A stretch of 62,417 nt of DNA from an uncultured bacterium (GCA_964400165.1 CAYNSX010000009.1:1-62417), one strand, 5' to 3'. Shown: positions 47,304-57,755, counted from the first letter of the stretch. The notes: generated by a model from the sequence alone, not told the origin. Program-made: numbers and translations.

Positions 47304-50207
47304 GTGCCCTTGGATCGGATCATTGTTCGCGGCGCCCGCGAACACAACCTGAAGAATGTCACGGTCGAAATCCCGCGCGACCAATTGGTCGTGATTACGG
47401 GATTGTCGGGGTCGGGGAAGTCGTCGCTGGCGTTCGACACCATCTATGCGGAGGGGCAGCGGCGCTATGTGGAGTCGCTGTCGGCGTATGCGCGCCAGTT
47501 CCTCGGGCAGATGGACAAGCCGGATGTGGATTTGATCGAGGGACTGTCGCCGGCGGTGGCGATCGACGCCAAGTCCACTTCGCGCAACCCGCGTTCGACG
47601 GTCGGCACGGTGACGGAAATCTACGACCACCTGCGGCTGCTGTATGCGCGCATCGGCGTGCCGCACTGCCCGGACGACGGCATCGCCATCAAGCGGCAGA
47701 CCATCAGCGAGATCGTGGACCGGGTGCTTGCGCTGCCGGCGGGGACGAAGGTGCTGATCCTCGGGCCGATGGTGAGCGGACGGAAGGGGCACTACCGCCA
47801 AATCTTTGAGGACATCCGCAAGCAGGGGTTCGCGCGGGTGCGCGTGGACGGCGAGCTGCGTGACTTGAGCGAGAAGATTGTCCTGGAGCGCTACAAGCAG
47901 CACAACATCGAGGTCGTCGTCGACCGGCTGGTGATCAAGCCGGAGGTGCGCAATCGGCTGGCGGACTCGATGGAGACGGCGCTGAAGGCGGGGCAGGGGC
48001 AGGCGCGCGTGCAGATCGTCGACGGCGAGGAACTGATTTTCAACGAGGCGCTGGCGTGTCCGAAGTGCGGGCGGTCGTTCTCGGAATTGGAGCCGCGGGC
48101 GTTCTCGTTCAACAGTCCCTATGGCGCCTGCCCGACTTGCCACGGCCTCGGCACGCACTGGGAACTCGACGAGGCGCTGCTGATGCCGGACGAGACGCTA
48201 TCGCTCGGCGACGGCGCAATTCTGCCCTGGCGGCGGCTGAACAGCCGTTATTACAGCGCGCTGCTGGCGGCGGTGTGCGAGGCGAACGGCATCCCGTTCG
48301 ACAAGCCGGTGGCGAAACTGACGGCGAAGCAGCGTGAGGTGCTGCTGCGCGGCAACGGCGAGATCGTGCGGGTGCGGTTCCGCGGGCAGGGCGGGCGGCT
48401 GCGGGTCTACGATGTGCGGTTCCGCGGGGTGGTGCACAGTTTGCAGCGGGAGTTCGAGGAGGGGAGCGGGGCGACGCCGTTTCACGAGGAACTGCGCGAA
48501 TACATGACGCCGCGGCCGTGCGCCGACTGCAGCGGGACGCGGCTGAAGCCGGAGAGCCGCGCGGTGCAGGTGCATGGGCGCGGCATCGCGGAAGTGACGG
48601 CCTCGACGATTGCGGAGGCGATGGCGTGGTTCGAAGGGCTGCGGCTGACGAAGCGCGAGACGCTGATCGGGCGGCAGATACTGAAAGAGATCCGCGAGCG
48701 CATCAAATTTCTGCTCGATGTCGGGCTCGATTATCTGACGCTCGACCGGGCGGCGAACACGCTGGCGGGCGGCGAGGCGCAGCGCATCCGGCTGGCGACG
48801 CAAATCGGGTCGGGGCTGATGGGGGTGCTGTATGTGCTCGACGAGCCGACCGTCGGGCTGCACCAGCGCGACAACTCGCGTCTGCTGGCGACGCTGAAGC
48901 GGCTGCGCGACATCGGCAACACGGTGCTGGTCGTCGAGCACGACGAGCAGACCATCCGCGAAGCCGATTGGATGATTGACATCGGGCCCGGCGCGGGCGA
49001 GCACGGCGGCCGGATTGTGATCGCGGACACGCCGGCGCGGGTGGCGAAATCCGACCAGTCGGTGACGGGGCAGTACCTCGGACATCGGCGCGTCATCCCG
49101 GTGCCGCGGGAGCGGCGCGCGGGGAACGGACACGCCATCACGGTGAAGGGCGCGCGCGAGCACAACCTGAAGAAACTCGATGTGCGGTTCCCGCTCGGGA
49201 AGTTCATCGCGCTGACGGGCGTGTCGGGGTCGGGGAAGTCCACGCTGCTCGAAGAGATTCTGCACCGGCGGCTGGCGCACAAATTGCACGGCGCGCGCTT
49301 CACCTGGGGCGCGCACGACGACATCCTCGGCGTCGAGCACATCGACAAAGTCATCAACATCGACCAGTCGCCGATCGGGCGCACGCCGCGCTCCAATCCC
49401 GCGACCTACACCGGCGTCTTCGACGACATCCGCAATCTCTTCGCGCAAACGCAGGAGGCGCGGCGGCGCGGCTACAAGCCCGGGCGGTTCTCGTTCAATG
49501 TGAAGGGCGGGCGCTGCGAGGCGTGCAAGGGCGACGGGCTGCTCAAGGTCGAGATGCAATTCCTGCCCGATGTCTATGTGCCGTGCGAGGTCTGCCACGG
49601 CGAGCGCTACAACCGCGAGACGCTCGAGGTGCGTTACAAGGACAAGACGATTGCCGAGGTGCTGAACCTGTCCGTCGAACAGGCGCTGGAGTTCTTCGCG
49701 CCGATCCCGAGCATTCGCAGCCGGATGCAGACGCTGAACGATGTCGGCCTCGGCTACATCCGGCTCGGGCAGCCGGCGACGACGCTCTCCGGCGGCGAGG
49801 CGCAGCGGGTGAAACTGTCGACGGAACTCTCGCGGCGGGCGACGGGGCGCACGCTGTATCTGCTCGACGAGCCGACGACGGGTTTGCACTTCGCCGATGT
49901 CGAGAAACTGCTCGGGGTCTTGCACCGGCTGGTGGATCTCGGCAACACGGTGCTGGTGATCGAGCACAACCTGGAGGTGATCAAGACCGCGGACTGGGTG
50001 ATCGACCTGGGGCCGGAGGGGGGCGAGGCGGGCGGGCGCATCGTGGCTGAAGGGCCGCCGGAGGCGATTGCGCGCTCGCGGCGCAGTTACACCGGGCGCT
50101 ACCTGAAGCCGCTGCTGGCGGGCAAGCCGCTGTTCGGGGTGGATGGGAAGGTGCGGGTCGATGGGAGGGATGAAAACTTCAAAGCGCGACGAAGGGTGGT
50201 AATGTGA
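47304..50207 (+). CDS. uvrA: Excinuclease ABC subunit A
   Basis: From GTG 47304: [37 protein letters not shown], zinc fingers, two ABC cassettes and [17 protein letters not shown] at 47279. Confidence 0.98.
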   Translation: MPLDRIIVRGAREHNLKNVTVEIPRDQLVVITGLSGSGKSSLAFDTIYAEGQRRYVESLSAYARQFLGQMDKPDVDLIEGLSPAVAIDAKSTSRNPRSTVGTVTEIYDHLRLLYARIGVPHCPDDGIAIKRQTISEIVDRVLALPAGTKVLILGPMVSGRKGHYRQIFEDIRKQGFARVRVDGELRDLSEKIVLERYKQHNIEVVVDRLVIKPEVRNRLADSMETALKAGQGQARVQIVDGEELIFNEALACPKCGRSFSELEPRAFSFNSPYGACPTCHGLGTHWELDEALLMPDETLSLGDGAILPWRRLNSRYYSALLAAVCEANGIPFDKPVAKLTAKQREVLLRGNGEIVRVRFRGQGGRLRVYDVRFRGVVHSLQREFEEGSGATPFHEELREYMTPRPCADCSGTRLKPESRAVQVHGRGIAEVTASTIAEAMAWFEGLRLTKRETLIGRQILKEIRERIKFLLDVGLDYLTLDRAANTLAGGEAQRIRLATQIGSGLMGVLYVLDEPTVGLHQRDNSRLLATLKRLRDIGNTVLVVEHDEQTIREADWMIDIGPGAGEHGGRIVIADTPARVAKSDQSVTGQYLGHRRVIPVPRERRAGNGHAITVKGAREHNLKKLDVRFPLGKFIALTGVSGSGKSTLLEEILHRRLAHKLHGARFTWGAHDDILGVEHIDKVINIDQSPIGRTPRSNPATYTGVFDDIRNLFAQTQEARRRGYKPGRFSFNVKGGRCEACKGDGLLKVEMQFLPDVYVPCEVCHGERYNRETLEVRYKDKTIAEVLNLSVEQALEFFAPIPSIRSRMQTLNDVGLGYIRLGQPATTLSGGEAQRVKLSTELSRRATGRTLYLLDEPTTGLHFADVEKLLGVLHRLVDLGNTVLVIEHNLEVIKTADWVIDLGPEGGEAGGRIVAEGPPEAIARSRRSYTGRYLKPLLAGKPLFGVDGKVRVDGRDENFKARRRVVM

Positions 50208-51121
50208 GCAAATTGTCCAATGCCGAGCGCGAGAAACTGAAGGCAGACTGCCGGAAGTCTGAAAGAGCTGAGATTGCTCTTTTCTTTCGAAAGGCTAAAG
50301 AGTTTCACGGACTTGCGGCGGAAGAAGGCGGTGAACTCTTCGACCTTGCACGCGAGAGGAGCAGCGATTTCAGGACCATTACGGGAGTCCTGTTGATCGA
50401 GAACCCGAGACTGATCAAAGTGTTTCGATACTTGACCATCCCCCCACTGAGTCAGATGAAACTTGGCCAATTGCTTGACCTCACATCGACTGATGGCTTC
50501 GAGGGCGGAAAGCGACCCACTGAAGTACAGGCCCGCATGATGGCGACCATCTTTCGGAACCACTTCGACACATTCCGCGTAAGCTGGCGAGAAGCCAAGC
50601 TCAACAACCGAACCAGGAAGTTAGCAATTCAGTATTCCAGGGGCTGGACAGCGTCATTGATGGCTAGCCAGAATGCATTGACAAATCTCCGGAACTGGCG
50701 AAAGGATCTTCAGGAATCACGGATTTCAGCCGCGATTGTTGAAGCCTCATTTCAGGAGCAGAAGAGAGTTCGACGCGTCGTGAACGACAAGCGAACCATT
50801 TCTCCTGGCTGGTTTGTCAAGGAATGTAAGTTGGCGAAGAGCGGAACGCCACAGAAAGCAGATTTCATTGTACGGCTCAAGAAAGGGCGAATGCTGGCGA
50901 TCGAAGCCAAGGCAATTGGTGTGCGAATCGATTCGCACAAGCGCCTCAAGGAGATCCGAGACAAGCGCAGCGCCTGGAAGAGAGCATTCGGGTCCGATGT
51001 GGAAACCGCGGCAGTTCTGGCGGGATTTGTATTCCCGAACGAGGTGGCGGAAATGGTCGAGGACGGGATTCCGGTTTTCTGGGAGCATGACTTGAAATCG
51101 CTGACTCGGTACATTAGTTAG
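50204..51121 (+). CDS. Type II restriction endonuclease, XamI-like PD-(D/E)xK family
   Basis: [15 protein letters not shown]...SHKRL...W..FG...AAVLAG...FWEHDL resembles the XamI family C-terminal half (recalled, not searched). Lower GC than flanks and adjacent to a DNA methyltransferase. Confidence 0.7.
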   Translation: MSKLSNAEREKLKADCRKSERAEIALFFRKAKEFHGLAAEEGGELFDLARERSSDFRTITGVLLIENPRLIKVFRYLTIPPLSQMKLGQLLDLTSTDGFEGGKRPTEVQARMMATIFRNHFDTFRVSWREAKLNNRTRKLAIQYSRGWTASLMASQNALTNLRNWRKDLQESRISAAIVEASFQEQKRVRRVVNDKRTISPGWFVKECKLAKSGTPQKADFIVRLKKGRMLAIEAKAIGVRIDSHKRLKEIRDKRSAWKRAFGSDVETAAVLAGFVFPNEVAEMVEDGIPVFWEHDLKSLTRYIS

Positions 51122-51127
51122 AATCAC

Positions 51128-52285
51128 ATGACGCTTCGAGCGATACAGGCCGAGTTGGCTTTCCCGACGACCCCAATGGGTTCTCTCCGCGAGAGAGTCA
51201 CATACCTCGAAACTTGCCCTTGGTTAGAAGGGAGCCTTCGGAATAAGCTCTGGCGTCACCCGCTACACTCGCTCAGCAGTTATCCAAGCAAGCTAAGACC
51301 GCAGATTGTCCATCTGTTTGTGCGTCACTTGTGTCCGGAAGGCGGAACCGTCCTCGACCCATTTGCTGGCTCGGGGACCGTGGTTCTCGAGTCAGGAATG
51401 CTTGGCCGAGCTGGCATCGGCATCGATCTGAGTCCCTATGCAGTGACACTCATCCGCGCCAAGGCACGACCGTCCTCTCCCGAACAGGTTGCGGAGCGGA
51501 TCAAAGCGATAGAAGCACAAAGTCTTTTGGTGGAATGTCCTGCGGACATCCCCATGCAGGTGCGGGAGTTCTTCCATGAGAAGACGCTTCGAGAAATTGT
51601 TGGGTTTCGATCGGCGCTCGATCCAGTTGATGATGTTGACAACTTTGTCTTGGCGCTCATGTGCGGGATTCTGCACGGCGGCCGCCCCGGCTTCCTTAGT
51701 CGCCAAACCCGAGACATTATTCCGTTGAAGCCACTGGGGCCCGCGGAACACAGACGGGTTGCGCCCCGCTTATCCGCTAAGCTGCGTCGGGTGTTCTCCA
51801 AACCTCTGCCAGGCGAATTCAAGCCCGGAGAGGCCTATTGGGCGGATAGTCGCGATCTGTCCTTTCTTCCCGAAGATTCTGTAGACATGATCTTGACCTC
51901 GCCGCCTTTCTTTGAGACGACTGAGTTCGTTCGGCATAATTGGTTGAGACTATGGTTAGTAGGGTGGAGTCTGGATGAGCAGAGAGACCGAGCGAAGCAG
52001 TTCATCGGCGAAAAGGCCGCACAGTTGGACAGATTTGAGAGCGATCTGTCCGCGGTGCTCGCTGAAGCTGTAAGATGCCTGAGGCCTGGTGGAATCGCCG
52101 TCGTACATTCAGGGAAACGAAAGGGAGACAATATGACAGAAATGATCTTGCGCTTCGCTACATCGATGGATCTGACACTTTTGTCTGTTATCGATGAAAG
52201 TGTCGACCACACCCGGCGTCACGCCATCCGACATATCAGTGGTCTAAGCCATGAATTCGTTGTGCTTCAAAGAAAGAGCGGTTGA
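51128..52285 (+). CDS. Amino-DNA methyltransferase, probably N4-cytosine (motif I before motif IV)
   Basis: HSLSSYPSKL, VLDPFAGSGT (SAM binding), GIDLSP, ILTSPPF (catalytic) and LRPGG. Confidence 0.85.
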   Translation: MTLRAIQAELAFPTTPMGSLRERVTYLETCPWLEGSLRNKLWRHPLHSLSSYPSKLRPQIVHLFVRHLCPEGGTVLDPFAGSGTVVLESGMLGRAGIGIDLSPYAVTLIRAKARPSSPEQVAERIKAIEAQSLLVECPADIPMQVREFFHEKTLREIVGFRSALDPVDDVDNFVLALMCGILHGGRPGFLSRQTRDIIPLKPLGPAEHRRVAPRLSAKLRRVFSKPLPGEFKPGEAYWADSRDLSFLPEDSVDMILTSPPFFETTEFVRHNWLRLWLVGWSLDEQRDRAKQFIGEKAAQLDRFESDLSAVLAEAVRCLRPGGIAVVHSGKRKGDNMTEMILRFATSMDLTLLSVIDESVDHTRRHAIRHISGLSHEFVVLQRKSG

Positions 52286-52291
52286 CTGAGC

Positions 52292-52750
52292 ATGGACAAT
52301 AGGTGGTCTGTGACTGCGGCCTGGGCCGGTGTCGCTTTGGGAGCTCTGTCACTACTTTGGCACGTTCTCCGTTCTCGCTCCGAAGGTGCTCGGCTGTGGC
52401 TCAGCCTGTATCACCCGTGTGTCCCAAGTGGGACAGGTGACGTTGCAGTTCCCCTCCGAATTGAAAACCTTGGCCTCCAACCCACTACTGTTTCCGACAT
52501 CTCGAGTTCGTGTACGGTTTGCGGATTCCAGGTGCCAGCGCATGGACTAGTTCAAAAGCCATGGATGCCACGATCGGTAGCGGGGCACGGAGTAATCGAG
52601 ATGAACGAACTCAAGCTACCCCAGTTCCATGACAGTCACGTCTCCAACGATCGGTGCCCCTCAGATTCCTTCAAGATTGAGGTTCAGGCGACAGGCGCGC
52701 GGACTCGTGTCATTCGAGTATGTTGGGCCGGTTATCGAAAGGGAGAATAG
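52292..52750 (+). CDS. Hypothetical protein with N-terminal TM anchor
   Basis: 152-aa ORF starting 7 nt after the MTase, with a hydrophobic N-terminus and atypical codon usage. Confidence 0.55.
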   Translation: MDNRWSVTAAWAGVALGALSLLWHVLRSRSEGARLWLSLYHPCVPSGTGDVAVPLRIENLGLQPTTVSDISSSCTVCGFQVPAHGLVQKPWMPRSVAGHGVIEMNELKLPQFHDSHVSNDRCPSDSFKIEVQATGARTRVIRVCWAGYRKGE

Positions 52751-52958
52751 AATCCAACCCAGTGGTGTTAGGCACGCAGCTCTGTTCGCGGCCATTCGGT
52801 GAATCAGGTTCATCCTCGAGGTATAGTTCGACGGCTTCGCGGAGGTTGGTGAGGGCTTCCTCGACCGTCGCGCCCTGGCTGACGACGCCAAGTTCGATGC
52901 AACGGCTGACGAATTCTTTGTCGCCCTTGGACACGACGGCGGTGTAAACGCGCTTCAT
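52710..52958 (-). CDS. Orphan HicB-family antitoxin, C-terminus possibly disrupted
   Basis: MKRVYTAVVSKGDKEFVSRCIELGVVSQGATVEEALTNLREAVELYLED. No hicA follows, and the tail overlaps the convergent ORF. Confidence 0.75.
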   Translation of the reverse strand: MKRVYTAVVSKGDKEFVSRCIELGVVSQGATVEEALTNLREAVELYLEDEPDSPNGREQSCVPNTTGLDSILPFDNRPNILE

Positions 52959-53356
52959 GAGCTTCATTCTACCTGACGCGAGGGCGTCCGGTCTCCAACC
53001 CCTGCCCCGTCCCCTCCCCATAAATGGAGAGGGGGACAGCAGAACCACCTCACCCCCGGCCCCTCTCCGTCTCACGGAGAGGGGGAAAGCAATCAAGATG
53101 GTCTTCCCCTCTCCACGCCAGTGGGGAGGGGAGTGAGGGGAGGGGACCGCAGGGCGATGGGAACATATGCAACAGCACCGGCCTGGAGGCCGGCGGTACC
53201 CAAGCGACCCCACCCCTCACCCCTCCCCATGAATGGAGAGGGGTGACTGTGAGCAACCCCATCCCCAGCCCTTCCCCGCGCGCAGGGAAGGGCGACGACA
53301 ACAACCCGCTGGCGCGAAAGGGCGGGAGTGGGAATAATGCGGGTGCGGGAAGGACT

Positions 53357-54034
53357 ATGGACGAAGTGTCACACAACCGGCGCGCTGCGCCACCGAGCAA
53401 CCCCACCCCTAACCCCTCCCCGATTTCAGGGAGGGGCAGAGACAACAACAACCCCACCCCCGGCCCCTCCCCGATTTCGGAGAGGGGAGTAGAAGGGGAA
53501 TTGGAGGCGCGGCGGGCGCGGGAGCGCGCGAAATACGAGACGCTGTCCGCCACCGACTACGGCGGGACGAACCACGGGCGGTTCGCCACGCGGCTGGTGC
53601 GCAGTCTGCGGCCGCGGTTCGTGGCGGATTTCGGGTGCGGGAAGAACCGCTTCATTCAGCACCTGCGGCGGTTCGGCATCGAGGGCGCCGGGATCGACTT
53701 TGCGATGCCCGAAGCGGATGTGCAGGCGCCGATGCACCAGGTGCCGCTGCAGTCGGGCGTCGCCGATGTGGTGACGGCCTTCGATTCGCTGGAGCACCTG
53801 CTGCCGGAGGAAGTGGACGAGGTGTTCGACGAAATGCGGCGAGTGGGAAAGCCGGGCGCGCACTTCGTGTTCAGCATCGCGACGAAGCAGAGCCATCTCA
53901 CCGCATGCGGCGAGAATCTGCACCCGACGGTACAGCCGTTGGCGTGGTGGCTGGAGCGCATCGCGCGGGTGGGGACGGTGCGGAAGCGGATGTTTTTGCT
54001 GCGGTACATCGTGGGGGACTTTAGAACAGAGTGA
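53357..54034 (+). CDS. Class I SAM-dependent methyltransferase (type 11) with a repeat-derived N-terminal extension
   Basis: VADFGCG, GIDFA, ADVVTAFDSLEHL, EMRRVGKPG, ENLHPTV. The start is uncertain (ATG 53357). Confidence 0.8.
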   Translation: MDEVSHNRRAAPPSNPTPNPSPISGRGRDNNNPTPGPSPISERGVEGELEARRARERAKYETLSATDYGGTNHGRFATRLVRSLRPRFVADFGCGKNRFIQHLRRFGIEGAGIDFAMPEADVQAPMHQVPLQSGVADVVTAFDSLEHLLPEEVDEVFDEMRRVGKPGAHFVFSIATKQSHLTACGENLHPTVQPLAWWLERIARVGTVRKRMFLLRYIVGDFRTE

Positions 54035-54187
54035 CCGGGGAGGCGGGGAGGCAGGGAGGCAGTGACCGCCTCCCCGCCTCCCTGGTTCCTCTACTTAAGG
54101 ATGTGGCGAAGCACGGGTTCGAGTGACCCCCCTCACCCCGCCCTGCGGGCACCCCTCTCCGTTAACGGAGAGGGGCTTGTGGCAAAC

Positions 54188-55081
54188 TCACTGGCTCAAG
54201 ATATGCCGCAGCGCGGGTTCGAGGGTTGCGTATTGGAAGCGGAAACCGGCGGCGGTGAGGCGGGCGGGCTCGACGCGCTGGCTGCCGAGCAGGACGCTGC
54301 GGCCCATTTCACCGAAGAGTAGGCCGATCATGAAGGTGGGGACGGGGAAGATGGTGGGGCGGCGCAGGATGCGGCCGAGGGTCTTGGTGAACTCGCGGTT
54401 GGTGACCGGGTTCGGGGCGACGGCGTTGACGGGACCGGACAGCGTGTCACTCGTGAGCGCGAACTGGTAGGCGGCGAGCAGGTCGTCGAGCGCAATCCAC
54501 GACATCCATTGCTGGCCGCTGCCGAGGACGCCGCCCACAAGGAAGTCGAATGCGGGCAGCATCAGTTTCAGCGCGCCGCCCTTCGTGCTCAAGACAATGC
54601 CGGTGCGGAGATTGACGACGCGGATGCCCGCGTGCGCGGCGGGCGCGCAGGCGGCTTCCCACTCGCGGCAGACGCCGGCGAGAAAGTCGCCGCCTGGGGC
54701 GCTGTCTTCGTTGAGTGCATCGCCGCCGCGGTCGCCGTAGTAGCCGATGGCGGAGGCGCACACGAGGACGCGCGGGCGCGGGGTGAGTTTGGCCAGCGCC
54801 TCGGCAAGCAGGCGCGTGCCCTGCGTTCGACTTTCAAGAATGCGTTGCTTGCGGGCGGCGGTCCAGCGCGCGGCGATGGGTTCGCCGGCGAGGTGAACGG
54901 CGGCGTCGCACCCGGCGAGCGCGCCCGCATCAATCTCGCCGCGCGGCGGGTCCCATGACACCGCGCCCGCGGGCGCGGGGTTTGTCCGCACGAGCGGTGT
55001 GACCTGATGCCCGGCGGCACGCAGTGCGGCGCCGAGTGCGGTGCCGATAAATCCCGAGGCGCCGGAGAGGAGGATTCTCAT
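54188..55081 (-). CDS. TIGR01777 family NAD-dependent epimerase/oxidoreductase (YfcH-like)
   Basis: MRILLSGASGFIG, VHLAGEPI..RW, ASAIGYYG, FLAGVCREWE, LGSGQQWMSWI, GPVNAVAP. Confidence 0.92.
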   Translation of the reverse strand: MRILLSGASGFIGTALGAALRAAGHQVTPLVRTNPAPAGAVSWDPPRGEIDAGALAGCDAAVHLAGEPIAARWTAARKQRILESRTQGTRLLAEALAKLTPRPRVLVCASAIGYYGDRGGDALNEDSAPGGDFLAGVCREWEAACAPAAHAGIRVVNLRTGIVLSTKGGALKLMLPAFDFLVGGVLGSGQQWMSWIALDDLLAAYQFALTSDTLSGPVNAVAPNPVTNREFTKTLGRILRRPTIFPVPTFMIGLLFGEMGRSVLLGSQRVEPARLTAAGFRFQYATLEPALRHILSQ

Positions 55082-55097
55082 TTGTGTGACCTCCGCT

Positions 55098-55544
55098 TCA
55101 TGATGTTCGGAACCAGATATGCCAAACCACCAGGCCGACATAGGTCGCGGCGAGCGATGCGATAAGGGTCGTCAGCAGGATGTGTCCGACCGTGAAGGCG
55201 CGGCCGGGGGGCCAATCTCGGTGATCGTAGTAGGTGAAGTCCACGACCAGTCGCGCAGTCCAATACACGCCGATGAACGCGGCGAGTCCGAGCGCCGTCC
55301 GGTCGCCGCGCAACAGTTCTTGATGCAGGACGAGGGTCAGGACCCCGAAGGCGACGACCGTGAACATTGTGAAGCCGCCGTACACCCACATCAATTTGCG
55401 ATTGAATGGGTGCAGCGAAGCCAAGTCGGTGCGCCAATGCAGGCGGATGGGGACTTGCGAACCGGCGAGCGTGAGCAGGAAGTGACCGCCGCCGGCGAGC
55501 CAGAGCGCGATATCGAAGCAGCGAGTCAGAGTGAGCGCGTCCAT
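55098..55544 (-). CDS. Hypothetical 4-TM membrane protein
   Basis: Four hydrophobic segments with a QVPIRLHWRTDL motif, in an operon with its neighbours. Confidence 0.72.
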   Translation of the reverse strand: MDALTLTRCFDIALWLAGGGHFLLTLAGSQVPIRLHWRTDLASLHPFNRKLMWVYGGFTMFTVVAFGVLTLVLHQELLRGDRTALGLAAFIGVYWTARLVVDFTYYDHRDWPPGRAFTVGHILLTTLIASLAATYVGLVVWHIWFRTS

Positions 55545-55545
55545 T

Positions 55546-56811
55546 TCACGATGCTCCAAGGACGCGCAGGAACGGCAGCGCCACCGCGCGCAGGAAGGGT
55601 GGGTGTGCGACGAGAGGGAACAGCACGGACGACACGATGACCGCAAAGAGATAGCCGCGCGCGCCGCGGCCAAGTCCCAGCGCACGCCCGGTTTGTGATC
55701 GCTCGAACAGGATCCCGACCGCCTGCAGAAGGAAGTACAGCGTGGGCAGGCCGTAGCCGCCGTGCGCGGGCACGGAAATCACAAGGTCGTGCACAAGACC
55801 GGAAGCGAGGAATCCGGCGAGCAAGCCGACGGTAGGGCCGAAGCGCTTGGTGACGGGGACGAAGACAAAGGTGTGGCTCAAGTCACGGAAGGCGGCGTTC
55901 CAGCGCTTCGACCAGAACTCGAAGAGCGAGCGCGTGCGGGTTGGCTGATTCATCAGCGGCGCGGCGTCCACCCCAAACGCGCGCCAGAGAAGGGAGAGTA
56001 AGGCGAACGCGCCATAGTGCAGCAGAAGTAGGACGCCCGTCAGGCCGACGAGGCCGACCAGAATGATGTGGGCGTTGTGCAGGCGTGGTGTCGCAAACCA
56101 AACGAGCACTATCCCCAGGGCGATGTTGACGAGCGCGGGGAGCCATTCGCTCGCGGCGGGACGCGCCGGGCGGCGGTGTGTGTCGAGGAATGCGGGCGCG
56201 TCCATGCCGATCCACAGGAAGAGGTAGGCGAGCGACCGCGGCAACGGGATGTCGGACAGCAGCGAGCGGGCGCGCCACCAGGTGACCCACTTGCAACCCG
56301 CAAACACGGCGGCAGCGAGCAGCCACATGAAGGCCCAGGCGGGCCAAGTGCGGCCGACGAAGAAGGCCGCGGCCGGAATGAGAACGAACGGCAGCCATCC
56401 GACTAGCGTCGCCACACCGCGCCGCGGAGCGGACAGCCCGCGAAGGTGCCGATGGCGGGCAATGACGCGATAGGTGCAACGGGCGAGAGCCATCCCGCCG
56501 GGCAGATGGGCGGCCCCGCGCAGCGGTCGCAGCCACCAGATGGCGCCAGCCAGATGCAGGACGGCGTCAGCGCCGCCGAGCACGCGGCCGTCGGGCGTGA
56601 GGACGCGCATTTCGGTTAGTGGGGCGCCGGGCGAGAGGTGCAGCGCGTCAGAAACAGCCGGGTCTTGGAGCGTCTTCAATTCGAAGCCGCCAGCGCCAAG
56701 CGAGCGTGCGTGCCGGCGGGCGAGGCGGGTGCACGAGGCGCAGTCGCCGTCGTAGCAGACCCAGCCGCGCGGCGGGGTCAGGTCCGCGGCAGCGCGTGCG
56801 TCGGTCGGCAT
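55546..56811 (-). CDS. DCC1-like (DUF393) thiol-disulfide domain fused to an MBOAT acyltransferase domain
   Basis: N-terminal YDGDCASC and GRVLGGADA. C-terminal SLFEFWSKRWNAAF and FLASGLVHDL (MBOAT Asn/His), YFLLQ. Confidence 0.82.
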   Translation of the reverse strand: MPTDARAAADLTPPRGWVCYDGDCASCTRLARRHARSLGAGGFELKTLQDPAVSDALHLSPGAPLTEMRVLTPDGRVLGGADAVLHLAGAIWWLRPLRGAAHLPGGMALARCTYRVIARHRHLRGLSAPRRGVATLVGWLPFVLIPAAAFFVGRTWPAWAFMWLLAAAVFAGCKWVTWWRARSLLSDIPLPRSLAYLFLWIGMDAPAFLDTHRRPARPAASEWLPALVNIALGIVLVWFATPRLHNAHIILVGLVGLTGVLLLLHYGAFALLSLLWRAFGVDAAPLMNQPTRTRSLFEFWSKRWNAAFRDLSHTFVFVPVTKRFGPTVGLLAGFLASGLVHDLVISVPAHGGYGLPTLYFLLQAVGILFERSQTGRALGLGRGARGYLFAVIVSSVLFPLVAHPPFLRAVALPFLRVLGAS

Positions 56812-56833
56812 GGCCGGGGCTCCTCGGAGCGCG

Positions 56834-57379
56834 TCACTTGGTGGCCTCCTTGATTGCGGAGAGTGGGAAGTCGCCCGCGGAGGTCAGCAACTGCTTGAGC
56901 ATGTCGGGCGGCAAGAGGCGGATCTGGTGATACCAGCGGTTAGCGGCTTCGAAGATGTCGAGCATTTCGCGCAGGCGCCGGCGGGCGTGCGCCTCACCAT
57001 TTTGTGAGTCGAGGTCGGCAAGCACGGTGCGGAGCAAGTCGACCGTGGGATCGATCTCGCGGCGCTTACGCTGTTCGAGGACAGTTTGGAACATCGCCCA
57101 GATGTCTTTCCGGACTGCGTAGTGGGTGCGGCGGTCGCCCGCGGTCGGGACCACCTCAGCGAGGTCCCAGCTCAACAGTTCGCGGAGACTGGTGCTGACA
57201 TTGGAACGGGCGATGCCCAACGCGTCCGCGATGTCGGCGGGTGTCAGGGGTTGTGGGGAGAGGATAAGAAGGGCGTGAATCTGGGCGACGGTTCGGTTGA
57301 CCCCCCAGCCGGTGCCGAGTTCGCCCCAATAGAGAATGAACTGGCGGAGACTGTCAGAGGTGGTACTTATTTCTTTCAT
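56834..57379 (-). CDS. GbsR/MarR-family transcriptional regulator
   Basis: FILYWGELGTGWGVNRTVAQIHALL, IARSNVSTSLREL, GDRRTHY, RKRREIDPT. Confidence 0.88.
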   Translation of the reverse strand: MKEISTTSDSLRQFILYWGELGTGWGVNRTVAQIHALLILSPQPLTPADIADALGIARSNVSTSLRELLSWDLAEVVPTAGDRRTHYAVRKDIWAMFQTVLEQRKRREIDPTVDLLRTVLADLDSQNGEAHARRRLREMLDIFEAANRWYHQIRLLPPDMLKQLLTSAGDFPLSAIKEATK

Positions 57380-57509
57380 TTCGGTAACAACAGAATATAG
57401 AGAAATCATGGGGTGGTCAAGGCATAGAAAACGGAACAGGCCTGGCGGCCTGCGGTACCGGACGTCGCCATCTTCCGGCCCCTCCCCATTAGTGGAGAGG
57501 GACAAAAGG

Positions 57510-57755
57510 TTACTCCGCACGGAGGGACTCGATGGGGTTCTCCCCTCACCCCCTCGCATTGTTCGGGGCGCCCCTCCCCGCTGGCGTGGAGAGGGGGAAG
57601 GATCACTCCGCCCTTAGCGACTCGATCGGGTCGAGGAGGGCGGCGCGGCGGGCCGCAACCCCTCCCCCTGACCCCCTCCCCATGAATGGAGAGGGGGAAA
57701 GAGATCACTCCGCTCGGAGGGACTCAATCGGGTCGAGGAGGGCGGCGCGGCGGGC
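57510..57755 (-). repeat. Three stacked copies of the ABC permease 3' end, each followed by a REP-like palindrome
   Basis: 57705-57755 is the live end, 57603-57653 encodes ARRAALLDPIESLRAE*, and 57510-57539 encodes NPIESLRAE*. Confidence 0.85.

Noticed and set aside
37083..52958. Prophage or integrase-driven genomic island
   Set aside because: No integrase, transposase, phage structural genes or tRNA attachment site. Core uvrA sits in the middle.
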